A stretch of DNA of 26,884 bases from NCBI GenBank assembly GCA_043822705.1, contig JBDRBK010000199.1:1-26884 (forward strand). Reading direction: 5' to 3'. The notes beneath the pieces are model-generated. The model ran no database searches. It was not told where the DNA came from and saw only the letters and a list, made by a program, of their open reading frames with translations. The DNA comes from Fidelibacterota bacterium. GTDB taxonomy: Bacteria > Fidelibacterota > Marinisomatia > Marinisomatales > TCS56. Both the position numbers and the translations under genes were made by a program. Of the stretch, positions 1 through 10,200 are shown one piece after another (position 1 is the stretch's first letter; the number at the start of each line of letters is the position of its first letter).

Positions 1-2
1 AG

Positions 3-389
3 ACAATTGGCAACTTGCTGACGCAAGCCTTTAATAATGAAGGTTATGAGACATATTATGCCAATACGGCTGCCAAGGCGCTGTCCATCCTTGAACATGT
101 AAACATTTTTATCTTTTTCCTCGATTTGAAACTACCAGATATCTCTGGTATTGAATTATGCCGGAAAATTAAAAAACTAAACCCGGTAGCATACATTTTT
201 GCTATCACCGGCTATGCGGAAACATATGATTTAAAGGAAGCCCGCGCTGCAGGTTTTGACAATTATTTTATTAAACCATTTCACATCAAAGATTTAGTCC
301 AAGTTGCCAATGTCTCATTGCGCGATCTTGAGCGCTGGCACACAATTCTGACGAAGGTTAGAAAAAATGATGACGACATCCTTTATTGA
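3..389 (+). CDS. Stand-alone CheY-like response regulator receiver protein (5'-truncated by window edge)
   Basis: Frame is open back to the window start (TIGNLLTQAF...). Receiver motifs FLDLKLPDISGIELC, AITGY and YFIKPF are present. No output domain. Confidence 0.85.
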   Translation, partial: TIGNLLTQAFNNEGYETYYANTAAKALSILEHVNIFIFFLDLKLPDISGIELCRKIKKLNPVAYIFAITGYAETYDLKEARAAGFDNYFIKPFHIKDLVQVANVSLRDLERWHTILTKVRKNDDDILY

Positions 390-727
390 AGCCTCCGATA
401 TTACCTGGCCTCAAATCCTATGGAATTACAGTCGCAAGGAATACAGGAGTCACCAGCCTTCGCCCTGCGGACAACAGTCCGGCAAGCTCCATGACAAACC
501 ACTTTCCCCTACCCGGATTACCAGGTAAGTCCACGCACAATAGGTGGTTGTTCTTCAATCAGCTTATACAATATTTCTTTTATCAACTGAATCAAATCAG
601 TGCCATTGAATAATCAGGCTTTTTCCATAAAAGAAATCGGTTATTGGTCATGTCGGTCGCATGACAAGTCAATACCAGAGATTCTTTTCACGAGTACTTT
701 CAAAGAAATACAGAATGAGGAAAAACC

Positions 728-2071
728 ATGAGTCATAAGCTGCCACTAAATCTGAAAATCGGCTACGGGATCGGAGATATCGGGAGCAACATTTTTATTG
801 TCACATCCGGAATGTTTTTACTGTTTTTCCTGACCAACGTTCTGGGCGTCGAACCGGCTCTGGCGGGTTTGGCCCTGCTTATCCCAAAGCTTTGGGATGT
901 GATTTCCGATCCGATCATGGGCGCTATTTCGGATGTAACCCGTTCCCGTTGGGGACGCCGACGTCCCTATCTCCTGTATGCTTCAGTTCCGTTCGGGCTG
1001 GTATTTTTCGCCCTGTTTGTCACACCTCCCACACAGTCGGAAATTACCACCGCTGTCTGGGTCGGAGCATTATTCGCCCTGAGCTGTACTGTTTTTACCA
1101 TCTACAACATACCCTACTCGGCGATGGTGGCTGAAATGACCGATGATTATAACGAACGCCTGTCGGTTACCTCTTTCCGGATGGCCGGGTCGACAATCGG
1201 CGTTCTGCTGGCGGGAGGATTGGCCATGCCGTTGGTGGATTTAGGTGGCGGTGCTGTCGCGGGCTTCCGTTTGATGGGTATGGTTTTGGGACTGCTGATC
1301 ACCATCTTCTGTCTGGCCGGTTTTTGGGGAACGCGCCGGGCGAATACTATCAGCGCGATCAAACCGAAGATACCGGCACTTGAACATGTCAAAATCGCAT
1401 TCCGGAACACGCCTTTCAAACGGCTGATGTCGATGTATTTTCTGCAATCGCTGGCCATCGGCATTTTAATGGCCGGGCAAATTTATTATGTCAAATATGT
1501 GATGGGCATGCCGGAGGCCTATGTCGGTATTGTTTCGGCGGTGCTGTTCATCACTGCGATCGCCTTCATCCCGGTCTGGGTCCGCATCGGAATCCGCCTG
1601 GGTAAAATCAGGGCTTATACGATCGGGGTCATTATTCTGACTGTGATGTTGCTGTCCCTGCTGTTCACGCCGCCTTCTCAACCGGTGGTGTTCTTTCTGC
1701 AAATGTTCCTGCTGGGTATCGGCTTTTCCAGTTTTCAGTTATATCCTTTTTCCATGCTGCCTGATACGATCGAATTCGATGAACTTCAATCGGGCCTGCG
1801 CCGGGAAGGAATTTTTTCCGGTGTCTGGGCCAGCGGCCAAAAAACCGCCTACGCTCTGGGACCCAGCCTGATCGGGTTCACACTGTCGCTATCGGGATTT
1901 GTGGTATCTCCGGAACAGCCGGAAACAGTAATCACCGGAATCCGCCTTGTATTCTGTCTGGTTACAGCTGTTTTATTCCTGCTCAGCCTGATTCCCTTCA
2001 GACACTATGATTTGACCGAAAACCGCTTCTCTGAAATCAAAGCCAGGATCAAATCAACTGCTGGGCGGTAA
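728..2071 (+). CDS. MFS transporter, glycoside-pentoside-hexuronide (GPH, MelB/UidB-like) cation symporter family
   Basis: GYGIGDIG, WDVISDPIMGAISD, RSRWGRRRPYLL, YNIPYSAM and DTIEFDELQSGLRREG motifs; about 12 hydrophobic segments; GAGG RBS upstream. Confidence 0.92.
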   Translation: MSHKLPLNLKIGYGIGDIGSNIFIVTSGMFLLFFLTNVLGVEPALAGLALLIPKLWDVISDPIMGAISDVTRSRWGRRRPYLLYASVPFGLVFFALFVTPPTQSEITTAVWVGALFALSCTVFTIYNIPYSAMVAEMTDDYNERLSVTSFRMAGSTIGVLLAGGLAMPLVDLGGGAVAGFRLMGMVLGLLITIFCLAGFWGTRRANTISAIKPKIPALEHVKIAFRNTPFKRLMSMYFLQSLAIGILMAGQIYYVKYVMGMPEAYVGIVSAVLFITAIAFIPVWVRIGIRLGKIRAYTIGVIILTVMLLSLLFTPPSQPVVFFLQMFLLGIGFSSFQLYPFSMLPDTIEFDELQSGLRREGIFSGVWASGQKTAYALGPSLIGFTLSLSGFVVSPEQPETVITGIRLVFCLVTAVLFLLSLIPFRHYDLTENRFSEIKARIKSTAGR

Positions 2072-2282
2072 GATAATTCATACCACGGGAATCATAGTAC
2101 TACTGGCCGGAATTGAGTCTTCGTTATAATTCCTGCTGATCGGCGGAGAACTTGTCCGCATAGCTTTAGCGTAGAGGGATCGTATCGTGGTTACATTGCG
2201 TTACTACCAGTGATCAGTCGCCAATGTATGAATCGCCGGCTAAGTAATGCTGATAATTATTAAAAAATCGAGCTGTTTTATT

Positions 2283-5200
2283 TCAACTGACTACAACTCG
2301 TCTCCTGTCCAACAGATTATGAATGCTGATATAGGCCGCCGGTATTAAAACCAGCGTAATCAGCGTCGAAATGGTCAGTCCACCGATAACCGCCCGAGCC
2401 AGGGCCGCCTGAATTTCACCGCCGGCGCCGGTGCCGAATGATAACGGCAGCATGCCCAGTACGGTCGTGCAGGTGGTCATCAGAATCGGCCGCAGGCGTC
2501 GCCGGCCGGATAGTAAAACAGCTTCCGTAATACTCAGGTCACGTTCCCGGCGCATCAGGTTGATGTAATCCACCAGTACGATGGCATTGTTGACCACGAT
2601 GCCGATCAGCATTATAATTCCCATCAGGCTTTGAATGTTCAAAGTCGTACCGGTCAGCAACAGTGTCGGCACCACGCCGATGATCGCCAACGGCACCGAT
2701 ACCATGACAATCAGCGGATCGAGAAAGCGCTCGAACTGGGCCGCCATTACCATATAAATCAAAACAATCGCCATTAAAATCGACAGTATAAAATCTTTCT
2801 GCGCTTTTTGCTGTTCCTCATATTCACCGCTGAAAACGATTGTATAACCCTTGGGCAAGCTGAATTCACGCAGTTCCGCGCGCAGGTATTCAACCACGTC
2901 CCCCAGGGCTGCGCCGCTCTTTAGATTACCGGTGATATAGGTAACGCGTTGCCCGTCGACACGATCAATCTGCGTCGGGCTGCGGCGGTTTTCCGTGCGC
3001 ACGACCGCCGAAACCGGCAGGATTTCACCCGAACCGGAGCGCACCGTTACATTACTGAGGTCAAGTGTATTCAGACGGTCATCGGGCTGCAGCCGGACCA
3101 CGATCGGAAATTCTTCCCCGCCTTCACGATACACGCCGCCGCGGCTGCCGCCGACATTGGTCTGAATCACCTGGGCCACCTGGCTGACCGACAAGCCGAG
3201 GTTAGCGATTTTTTCCCGGTCGACGATCAGGTTTTGCTCGGGACGTCCCTCGCGCCGGCTGATACGGGCATCGCTGACCTCCGGGACCTGTTCGATAATT
3301 TGTTTGATGCTCTGGGCCAGCTGATCGGCCATTACCAGATCATAGCCGCGCAATTGCAGTTCGATCGCCTGACCGCCGCCGGAACCGAACAGTCGCCGCA
3401 GAATCCAAAGTCCCGATTGCGCTTCCACCCGGACGTTGGCCCCGGGAATTACCCCGGTGACATTTTTCCGGATCTGATCGGCCAGGACAAAACTGTTGAT
3501 CGTCCGTTCATCCGCCCCCTTGAGAGCCAACTCGACATTCGCGTCCCCGGATCGAATTTCGATACTGATATGCTGCACCTGGTCCATCGGCGTGGTAGCG
3601 CGCACGATGTCAGCCAGCTCATGCAGGTATTCGTTCACGACCGCGATATTGGTGCCCTGGGCCATTTCCAAGTCGACACTGATTTCGTCGGCATCGGTCT
3701 GCGGGGCCAGTTCCACCGGAATCAGGGGCCAGAGCAGAACGGTCACCAACAACAGTATGCCCGTGGCGGCAAAGACAATTCTCCGGTGGCGTAACGCCGA
3801 TTCCAGCAAGTGCGCGTATTTCTCGTCCAGCACGTGCAGCCATTTCAATCGCCGGGATGCGTCATCCCCGGCGGCGTCCGGTCCATTTTTCAAACGCAGA
3901 AAACGACTGCCCAGCATCGGCACCAAGGTCAGCGCAACCAGCAACGAACACAGCAGGGAAAAAACCACTACCAGCGCCAGTTCCTTAAACAGCATCCCGG
4001 AAATGGTCTGCATAAAAACCACGGGCAGGAAAATCACGATCGTCGTTAACGTGGAAGCGACGATGGCACCGGCCACCTGGGCTGTTCCGGTCAACGCGCT
4101 CTCTTCCGCCGCCAGGCCTTTTTCGCGCAGTCGAACAATATTTTCGAGAACAACAATGGCGTTGTCGACGATCAACCCGATCCCCAGCGCCATGCCGCCG
4201 AAACTCATCTGGTTCATCGTCAGATGATTGAAAAACAGCAGCCCGAAGGTGGCGATGATGGAAATCGGAATCGACAGGGCGATAATAAAGGTCGTCGAAC
4301 CGTTCCGTAAAAATAGATACAAAATGAAGATCGCAAGTACACCGCCCCAGACCGCCGCGTTTTTCACGTTATCGATGGAATTCTGGATAAACTCGCTTTG
4401 ATCGATGACCATGATTAATTCCAGGTCGTCCCGTTCCCGGTTGATTTTATCCATCACGGCCCGCGCTTCGCGGGCCACGGCGACCGTATTGGCGCCGGAT
4501 TGCTTGCGGATGCCCAGCCGGACCATCGGCAGACCATCCACCTGAACTAGGCGATTAATATCCTGGTAGCCATCAACGACTTCCGCCACATCGCTGATCC
4601 GGATCGGCTTGCCGTCGACCATCGTAATGATTGTGCCGGCAATTTCGTCGATCGATTGAAATTCACCGCGGGTGCGAACGTACATATCGCTGATGCCATC
4701 GCGCATGTCGCCGGCCGGGAGGGTCACATTCTCCCGCAGCAGGGCTTGCCGGACATCGGTCGCAGATAACAGACAGGAGGCCAGCCGGTCGCGTTTCAAC
4801 CGGATTCCGATTTCACGATAGATACCGCCCCACACATCCACCGATCCGGCGCCCGGTATCTGTTCGAACTGTTGCGAGATTTCCCGCTCCAGAATCAGGG
4901 TCAATTCAGCCATTCCCCGTGCCGATCGGGCGCCCAGGATTACGACGGGAAAATTATCAGGATCGAATTTCCACAACCGCGGCGTTTCGACTTCCGGAGG
5001 GAAATCGTCGCGGATACGGTCCAAAGCGGCGCGGACATCATTGGCAGCCTCGTCAATATTGGTACCCTGGGTGAATTGCAGCGTAACCCGGCTTTGTCCC
5101 TCTTCCGATCGCGAGCGGACTTCTTCCAGATTGGGCACTCCGGCAATCGCGTTTTCGACCCGGTCGGTAATAATCTTTTCGATTTCTTCCGGGCCGACAT

Positions 5201-5357
5201 TCGGGTAAGTGGTCCTGACGGTCAGCATCGGATATTCGATTTGCGGCAGTAAATCGACCGGCAGAAAACGGAATCCCATGACGCCCAGCACGATGATAAT
5301 CAAAAATACCATCGTCGTCGCGACCGGACGTTTAACGGAAATTTGCGTGATTGTCAT
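2283..5357 (-). CDS. RND-family efflux permease (AcrB/MdtB-like superfamily)
   Basis: 1024 aa; N-terminal VKRPVATTM...LPVDLLPQIEYP, GLIVDNAIVVLENI, GIVVNNAIVLVD and RLRPILMT motifs. Confidence 0.95.
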   Translation of the reverse strand: MTITQISVKRPVATTMVFLIIIVLGVMGFRFLPVDLLPQIEYPMLTVRTTYPNVGPEEIEKIITDRVENAIAGVPNLEEVRSRSEEGQSRVTLQFTQGTNIDEAANDVRAALDRIRDDFPPEVETPRLWKFDPDNFPVVILGARSARGMAELTLILEREISQQFEQIPGAGSVDVWGGIYREIGIRLKRDRLASCLLSATDVRQALLRENVTLPAGDMRDGISDMYVRTRGEFQSIDEIAGTIITMVDGKPIRISDVAEVVDGYQDINRLVQVDGLPMVRLGIRKQSGANTVAVAREARAVMDKINRERDDLELIMVIDQSEFIQNSIDNVKNAAVWGGVLAIFILYLFLRNGSTTFIIALSIPISIIATFGLLFFNHLTMNQMSFGGMALGIGLIVDNAIVVLENIVRLREKGLAAEESALTGTAQVAGAIVASTLTTIVIFLPVVFMQTISGMLFKELALVVVFSLLCSLLVALTLVPMLGSRFLRLKNGPDAAGDDASRRLKWLHVLDEKYAHLLESALRHRRIVFAATGILLLVTVLLWPLIPVELAPQTDADEISVDLEMAQGTNIAVVNEYLHELADIVRATTPMDQVQHISIEIRSGDANVELALKGADERTINSFVLADQIRKNVTGVIPGANVRVEAQSGLWILRRLFGSGGGQAIELQLRGYDLVMADQLAQSIKQIIEQVPEVSDARISRREGRPEQNLIVDREKIANLGLSVSQVAQVIQTNVGGSRGGVYREGGEEFPIVVRLQPDDRLNTLDLSNVTVRSGSGEILPVSAVVRTENRRSPTQIDRVDGQRVTYITGNLKSGAALGDVVEYLRAELREFSLPKGYTIVFSGEYEEQQKAQKDFILSILMAIVLIYMVMAAQFERFLDPLIVMVSVPLAIIGVVPTLLLTGTTLNIQSLMGIIMLIGIVVNNAIVLVDYINLMRRERDLSITEAVLLSGRRRLRPILMTTCTTVLGMLPLSFGTGAGGEIQAALARAVIGGLTISTLITLVLIPAAYISIHNLLDRRRVVVS

Positions 5358-5384
5358 AATTATTCTGGCAGCATGTTTTTGAGC

Positions 5385-6707
5385 TTAATTAAAGACGCTG
5401 TCGCCGACGGCCTGCTGCTGGTTTTTCACCAGTCCCTCCATCAGATCTTCACGCTGCAACTGCTGCAGATGCTCGACCCAGGCCCACCTGACCGTACGGA
5501 CCCGGGCCTTTCCCTTATCACCGCCAATAAGATTCTGCCCGAGTGTTATCACCCATTGGTCGGCCTCGATCCCGCTGATACCGGCTTCCATGCGTCCTTT
5601 GGCAAGTACATCCACCGGCACGAAGGTGAAATCCACCGGATCGCTGAGCGCCAGGGACCGGTCGGCATTATTACTGCCGATTGGTTCACGATCAAGCGTC
5701 GCAGTGGTGATATACACACCGGTGTTGCCGCTGTTCGGATTTTCGTATAAGGCGCTTAAGGGAACCAGGGTCGCTTGCTCGCTCTCGCCATAAAAAACAT
5801 CGACCGTCACAAACATCCCGGATTTCAACACTCGGCCCGGATTTTCCAGGTCGATTTCGGCATCCGTACTGTGGGAAACCGGGTTAAGAAACGGCGAGAT
5901 GCGCGATAATTTCGCATTCAGGATGCCGTCCGCCACATTCTCGTTGGCGATCTCGACCCGCTGGCCCACCTGGACATAATTTAACATACGGTCGGTCAGA
6001 ATTATTTTGACGCGGACATTCTCCAGCTCCCCGAGGGTGAACAGCCGGGTGTTTCCCGATACCAGCATGCCGACTTCCGCATTGCGGTTGCCGACGCTGC
6101 CGGTTATCGGCGAGCGGATGAGCGTCTGTGCCAGCGTCTCGGTACGCTCTTCCGCAATCGCCTCAGCCTGATCCACCCGGGCTCTGGCCAGTGCCACATT
6201 GGCCTCCGCCGAGATCGCGCGCGTCTGGACTGTTTCCAAATTGATCGGACTGGATAATCCCTGCGCGGCCAAGGTTTCGGTGCGTTTTAATTCTGATTTT
6301 ATCTCTGTCAATTGCGCTTCCGCCTGTTTGAGCTGGGCCAGCGCTATCTGGTGACCGGCGGTAGCCTGCTTCACCCGTTCCAGAAATTCTTTGTCACGCA
6401 TCCGCAACAGCGGGTCGCCGGTTTTCACTACATCGCCGTTTTTGACGAATACCTCAACAATTACAGCATTGATTTCCGGATATATATCAATCTGGTTTTT
6501 TGCTTCGACAATTCCGCTCAACCGTTGGGTTAATGGCAGACTGCCGATCCGCGCCTGCACGGCCTCCACCGCCGGGATAATCCGGGCCGGGGCATTGGCA
6601 GTCGAACCGGACTCACCGGAGCAGGCGACGGCTATCATGGAAATACCGGTCAGGTAAGATAGGGTAAAGAATGTGAATATTCGCTTACTGATTTTTATTC
6701 TCATCAT
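5385..6707 (-). CDS. RND efflux periplasmic adaptor (membrane fusion protein), possible lipoprotein
   Basis: N-terminal hydrophobic segment ending AVAC; lipoyl-like VKNGDVVKTGDPL, coiled hairpin, IRSPITGSV and LKSGMFVTV; directly upstream of the RND permease. Confidence 0.92.
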   Translation of the reverse strand: MMRIKISKRIFTFFTLSYLTGISMIAVACSGESGSTANAPARIIPAVEAVQARIGSLPLTQRLSGIVEAKNQIDIYPEINAVIVEVFVKNGDVVKTGDPLLRMRDKEFLERVKQATAGHQIALAQLKQAEAQLTEIKSELKRTETLAAQGLSSPINLETVQTRAISAEANVALARARVDQAEAIAEERTETLAQTLIRSPITGSVGNRNAEVGMLVSGNTRLFTLGELENVRVKIILTDRMLNYVQVGQRVEIANENVADGILNAKLSRISPFLNPVSHSTDAEIDLENPGRVLKSGMFVTVDVFYGESEQATLVPLSALYENPNSGNTGVYITTATLDREPIGSNNADRSLALSDPVDFTFVPVDVLAKGRMEAGISGIEADQWVITLGQNLIGGDKGKARVRTVRWAWVEHLQQLQREDLMEGLVKNQQQAVGDSVFN

Positions 6708-7219
6708 CTTTCATTTCACTGCTTATTTGACGGCTTTGAGAATAAAGCCATTATTGTCGCGGCCCGTTAAAAACTTTGTCGAAAATCTACACTGAATTAA
6801 CCACGTCAAAATAGTACAATAATGAGCACAGAAATATCCAAATAGGAAATCTGTTGCTCCTGTTATACTTAATCTAAATCGTCATCCAGTACTGCAGCGA
6901 CCTATGGAGTGCGTACAGGCCCAAAAGCCCCTGGCGATCTTTTTGAATTCCCTGGCAGAGACTCCGTTGATTATCAATCTCATGCAAATGGCAGATCAAG
7001 GTTTATCTGTCGTCGCTTTTATGTCGGCTTGCTTGCTCACTACGCTGGTGGCGGTCAAACAACGTAGTATTAAATGATCTGATTCATCCGCACACTTGCT
7101 GCGGACCAAGGCTACTTTTTTTTCTTGTCTGATCTTGGCGAAAAGATAATTCAGGAGACTACCCCCTTTTCAAAAGTACAGAAAATTAAGAACACAAAGC
7201 GTTAGTCCTTCTGCCTGCA

Positions 7220-7483
7220 CTAAAATTCCGGTAAATCTTCTAAAAAATTACTATCTGATGATTCCGGGTCGGTGGTAAGGTATTTACCAATTTTAGAGTC
7301 CTTGATTACAACTATTCGCATTCGGTTAAAACCAATTTTTAAAAAATATGAATGCAGACCCTGTTCAATATCACAAATTATTTCATTTATAGATATTGGA
7401 GACCATTCGGCTCGGTCATTAATCAAAGCAATAAGCTCTTGTCCGCCATTCTTCTGACAATGTGTTATATTTCTATTGGCCAT
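7220..7483 (-). CDS. Small DUF3892-like protein
   Basis: 87 aa with AGGA RBS. The pattern WSPISINEIICDIEQG..SYF...GKYLTTDPE....NFLEDLPEF matches my recollection of DUF3892 (KYLRTxPD...NNLxxLP). Confidence 0.7.
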   Translation of the reverse strand: MANRNITHCQKNGGQELIALINDRAEWSPISINEIICDIEQGLHSYFLKIGFNRMRIVVIKDSKIGKYLTTDPESSDSNFLEDLPEF

Positions 7484-7511
7484 TAATTATCCTAAAATAA
7501 AATTTGAAAGA

Positions 7512-7577
7512 TTGAGTCACAATCCTTGTAGCAATGAACTATATATTTGGACAATAAATGAGCGGATTGTGACTCAA
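7512..7577. promoter_or_regulatory. Perfect 14-bp inverted repeat (TTGAGTCACAATCC / GGATTGTGACTCAA) in the leader of the DUF3892-like gene
   Basis: Arms at 7512-7525 and 7564-7577 with a 38-nt loop; T-rich tract follows on the minus strand. The repeat is seen directly, its function is inferred. Confidence 0.5.
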
Positions 7578-7709
7578 AGTATCTACGAATATTTTTACTT
7601 TCCCCTTTATTAGAAACAGCTGATTCTAGTCGTATATTATGGTGTTTGGAGCATATATACAATACGGTGTCAATATGATTTATTCAAATAACATCCAGTA
7701 TTAGGTACT

Positions 7710-8372
7710 CTATATGTACTTGGGCTTATTGTTAGAGATGATGCCTTTTTGAATGGCATACCTTACTAAACCTGCGGTATCATGAAGTCCCAGTTTCCGC
7801 ATAATATTCTCACGGTGTTTTGATACGGTTGTATGACTTATATACAAGAGTTCGGCAATGTGCTTTGTCGTATTACCTTCCGCAATCAATTGAAGAATTT
7901 CCCGCTCGCGCCGAGTTAATAATTCAATATCGCCTTTTTGTGTGTCACCGGCGTACATTTTATCAATAATCGTACTCGAAACCGATGGACTAAAAAATGC
8001 CTTGCCGTCAGACACGGCCATAATTGCCTGGATCATTTCACCCGCGGCCGTTTCCTTGACCAAGAAACCTTTCGCTCCGGCTTTTAAGGCCGCCTGCACA
8101 TACTCATGATCCGGATGCATTGATAGTACGATAACCTTAGTATTAGGAAAATCTTTGCTGATTATCCGGGTGGCTTCAATTCCATTCAGAATCGGCATAT
8201 CCAGATCCATTAATACAATATCCGGAACTAATTCTTTACATCGGGAGATCGCCTCTTTCCCATTGGCAGCTTCCCCGACCACATCCAGGTGGGGATGTTT
8301 CGTGAATAGCAGAGCTAATCCTTCTCTAAGAATCGTGTGGTCATCAACAATCAATATAGTCGTATTACTCAT
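7710..8372 (-). CDS. NarL/FixJ (LuxR-type HTH) family DNA-binding response regulator
   Basis: ILIVDDHTILREG, DIVLMDLDMPILNG, GFLVK, and C-terminal LTRREREILQLIAEG...IAELLYISHTTVSKHRENIMRKLG. Confidence 0.96.
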   Translation of the reverse strand: MSNTTILIVDDHTILREGLALLFTKHPHLDVVGEAANGKEAISRCKELVPDIVLMDLDMPILNGIEATRIISKDFPNTKVIVLSMHPDHEYVQAALKAGAKGFLVKETAAGEMIQAIMAVSDGKAFFSPSVSSTIIDKMYAGDTQKGDIELLTRREREILQLIAEGNTTKHIAELLYISHTTVSKHRENIMRKLGLHDTAGLVRYAIQKGIISNNKPKYI

Positions 8373-8392
8373 TATTTGGCTTTCTATAATGG

Positions 8393-9598
8393 TTAATTAA
8401 TAGGAGCTTCAACATAGATTGTAGTACCCTGATCAGGCTTCGATATAAGGTTCAGTTTGCCCCCGATTTGTTTGACCCGTTCTTTCATTCCCTTAAGACC
8501 TAATCCTCCCTTTCCGGATGTTTCATTATCTAAACTACTAATATTAAAGCCCACGCCATCATCCGACAAATACATTACCACTGAATCATCTTTCAAAGAT
8601 AAATCGATTAGTACATTCCCTGCTCGAGAATGTTTTGCGATATTGTTCAAACCTTCCTGAAATATTCTGTACAACACTATTTGTTTATTATCTTCTATAT
8701 CTTTTCCTATACTTATATTTTTAAAATTGATATTGATGCCTGTTCGATCTGCGAATTTTCGCGCATGCGATCTGATCGCTGTTTCAAATCCCAGATCATC
8801 TAAAACGGCGGGACGTAGATCATGTGAAAATCGATGCACATCTTGAATCGATTTGGTGACTAATTTCTTAATGTCATTAAGTTTATCTGCAGCATCAGCC
8901 TCCGAACCCAAGCCAATATGATTTAAATACTCAAGGTTAAAACTGATTGCTGTCAGTGTCTGTCCGATTTCATCATGAAGATCGCGACTAATTCTCTTGC
9001 GCTCATCTTCTTGAGCACGAATGACCTCGGAAGAAAGATTTTCCAACATCCGTTTTTGCGAATTCAATGTTGAAATAGCCTGCTGTAACTCTATCTCCAG
9101 GTTCTTTCTCTTGGTTAAATCATGTAGTATGCATAAAACAGATTTAATATTTGCAGCTTCATCATACTGGGGCAGAAATGATGCGTCAAGCCATTTCTTA
9201 TCATTATCCCTCTGATAAATCACCTCCGTTTTAACAGGTTTTCTTGTTTCAAATACTTCAATGAAATAATCACGTAAAACAGAAGAAAATTCTTCAGGAA
9301 ATATTGAACCTAACTTCACACTTTCTTTAACCAATTGATCCGTAGTAATGGCATTATCAATCTGATTGTTAAAGAGTAAAACATCATGATTTTTACCTAT
9401 TACTAGCACTGTATCGTCCATTGATTCAACCAAAGACCGATACTTTTTCTCAGATATTTCAAGAATTTTTATCTTGTCCTGCTGAAGCTCTTGTTTCCGT
9501 TTATAGTAGGCTGCAACAGTTGAAATGAATATTAGTGTCATTGAAATCGACACTATGGTAAAAAGAATTAACGTCCACCAAATATCTATTTTTTCCAT
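8393..9598 (-). CDS. Sensor histidine kinase, HisKA_3 (NarX/UhpB-like) type: one N-terminal TM, PAS/PAC, HATPase
   Basis: H-box ERKRISRDLHDEIGQ, LRPAVLDDLG, YRIFQEGLNNIAKHS, DDGVGF and GLGLKGMKER; PAS-like region after KYRSLVESM. Confidence 0.95.
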   Translation of the reverse strand: MEKIDIWWTLILFTIVSISMTLIFISTVAAYYKRKQELQQDKIKILEISEKKYRSLVESMDDTVLVIGKNHDVLLFNNQIDNAITTDQLVKESVKLGSIFPEEFSSVLRDYFIEVFETRKPVKTEVIYQRDNDKKWLDASFLPQYDEAANIKSVLCILHDLTKRKNLEIELQQAISTLNSQKRMLENLSSEVIRAQEDERKRISRDLHDEIGQTLTAISFNLEYLNHIGLGSEADAADKLNDIKKLVTKSIQDVHRFSHDLRPAVLDDLGFETAIRSHARKFADRTGININFKNISIGKDIEDNKQIVLYRIFQEGLNNIAKHSRAGNVLIDLSLKDDSVVMYLSDDGVGFNISSLDNETSGKGGLGLKGMKERVKQIGGKLNLISKPDQGTTIYVEAPIN

Positions 9599-10194
9599 TT
9601 AACAATAAAGCCTGTAATTATAAACAGTTTAGATATCGGTATGATACAGTTATGTAATTTCCACAAGTACACTAGATTACTTAATGCAAATAGAATAAAA
9701 CAACTGGAATGATAAATGAGTATCCCTGTTGCTATCCAAAATTCAGGAAGGCTGCTTATACTTTCTGTTTTGTCTATTGACAATCGTGAAAGCACATAAC
9801 CAGAAAAGATTATCAGCAGTGCACTATTTAATGAAGATGTGTAATTATCAAACCTGCCAATGTCTTCAAAAGACAATTTTGCAAATAACCAAAATGACGC
9901 AAATGCAATAATACAGAAAACAATAATTCTTCTAATCCGAATACTTTTTATCAATAATATGAATATACTCGAAATCAATATATTTTCCATTAGTGTGTGC
10001 AAATGGAATAAAAATAAATTATTTATTCCATGCATAGCGAGAATAATTCCTAGCGTAGTAAATATTAGTCCAATAAGTAAATAAATCGCAAGTAATCGTA
10101 ACTCTTTTGTTAAATAGATAAACAGAGACGCACCGACAATTGCTGCCAGTGCGTCAATGACTAATGCGATTATTGTAGGTAAATCTAAAACCAA
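9586..10194 (-). CDS. Uncharacterised polytopic membrane protein (~6-7 TM), putative sensor subunit
   Basis: 202 aa with 6-7 hydrophobic segments (e.g. NNLFLFHLHTLME, PEFWIATGILIY). TTG start 6 nt after the upstream stop; 3' end overlaps the kinase start by 13 nt. Confidence 0.85.
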   Translation of the reverse strand: MVLDLPTIIALVIDALAAIVGASLFIYLTKELRLLAIYLLIGLIFTTLGIILAMHGINNLFLFHLHTLMENILISSIFILLIKSIRIRRIIVFCIIAFASFWLFAKLSFEDIGRFDNYTSSLNSALLIIFSGYVLSRLSIDKTESISSLPEFWIATGILIYHSSCFILFALSNLVYLWKLHNCIIPISKLFIITGFIVKWKK

Positions 10195-10200
10195 TTATAC

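Noticed and set aside
386..613. 75-aa ORF after the receiver gene
   Set aside because: TTG start, no clear RBS, and no protein-like pattern or motif.
2949..4227. Long plus-strand ORFs (281 and 243 aa)
   Set aside because: Antisense shadows of the RND permease with no recognisable motifs.
6904..7077. 57-codon plus-strand ORF (MECVQAQK...) followed by a weak hairpin and T-run
   Set aside because: No RBS or recognisable similarity; cannot be supported as a gene or RNA from sequence alone.
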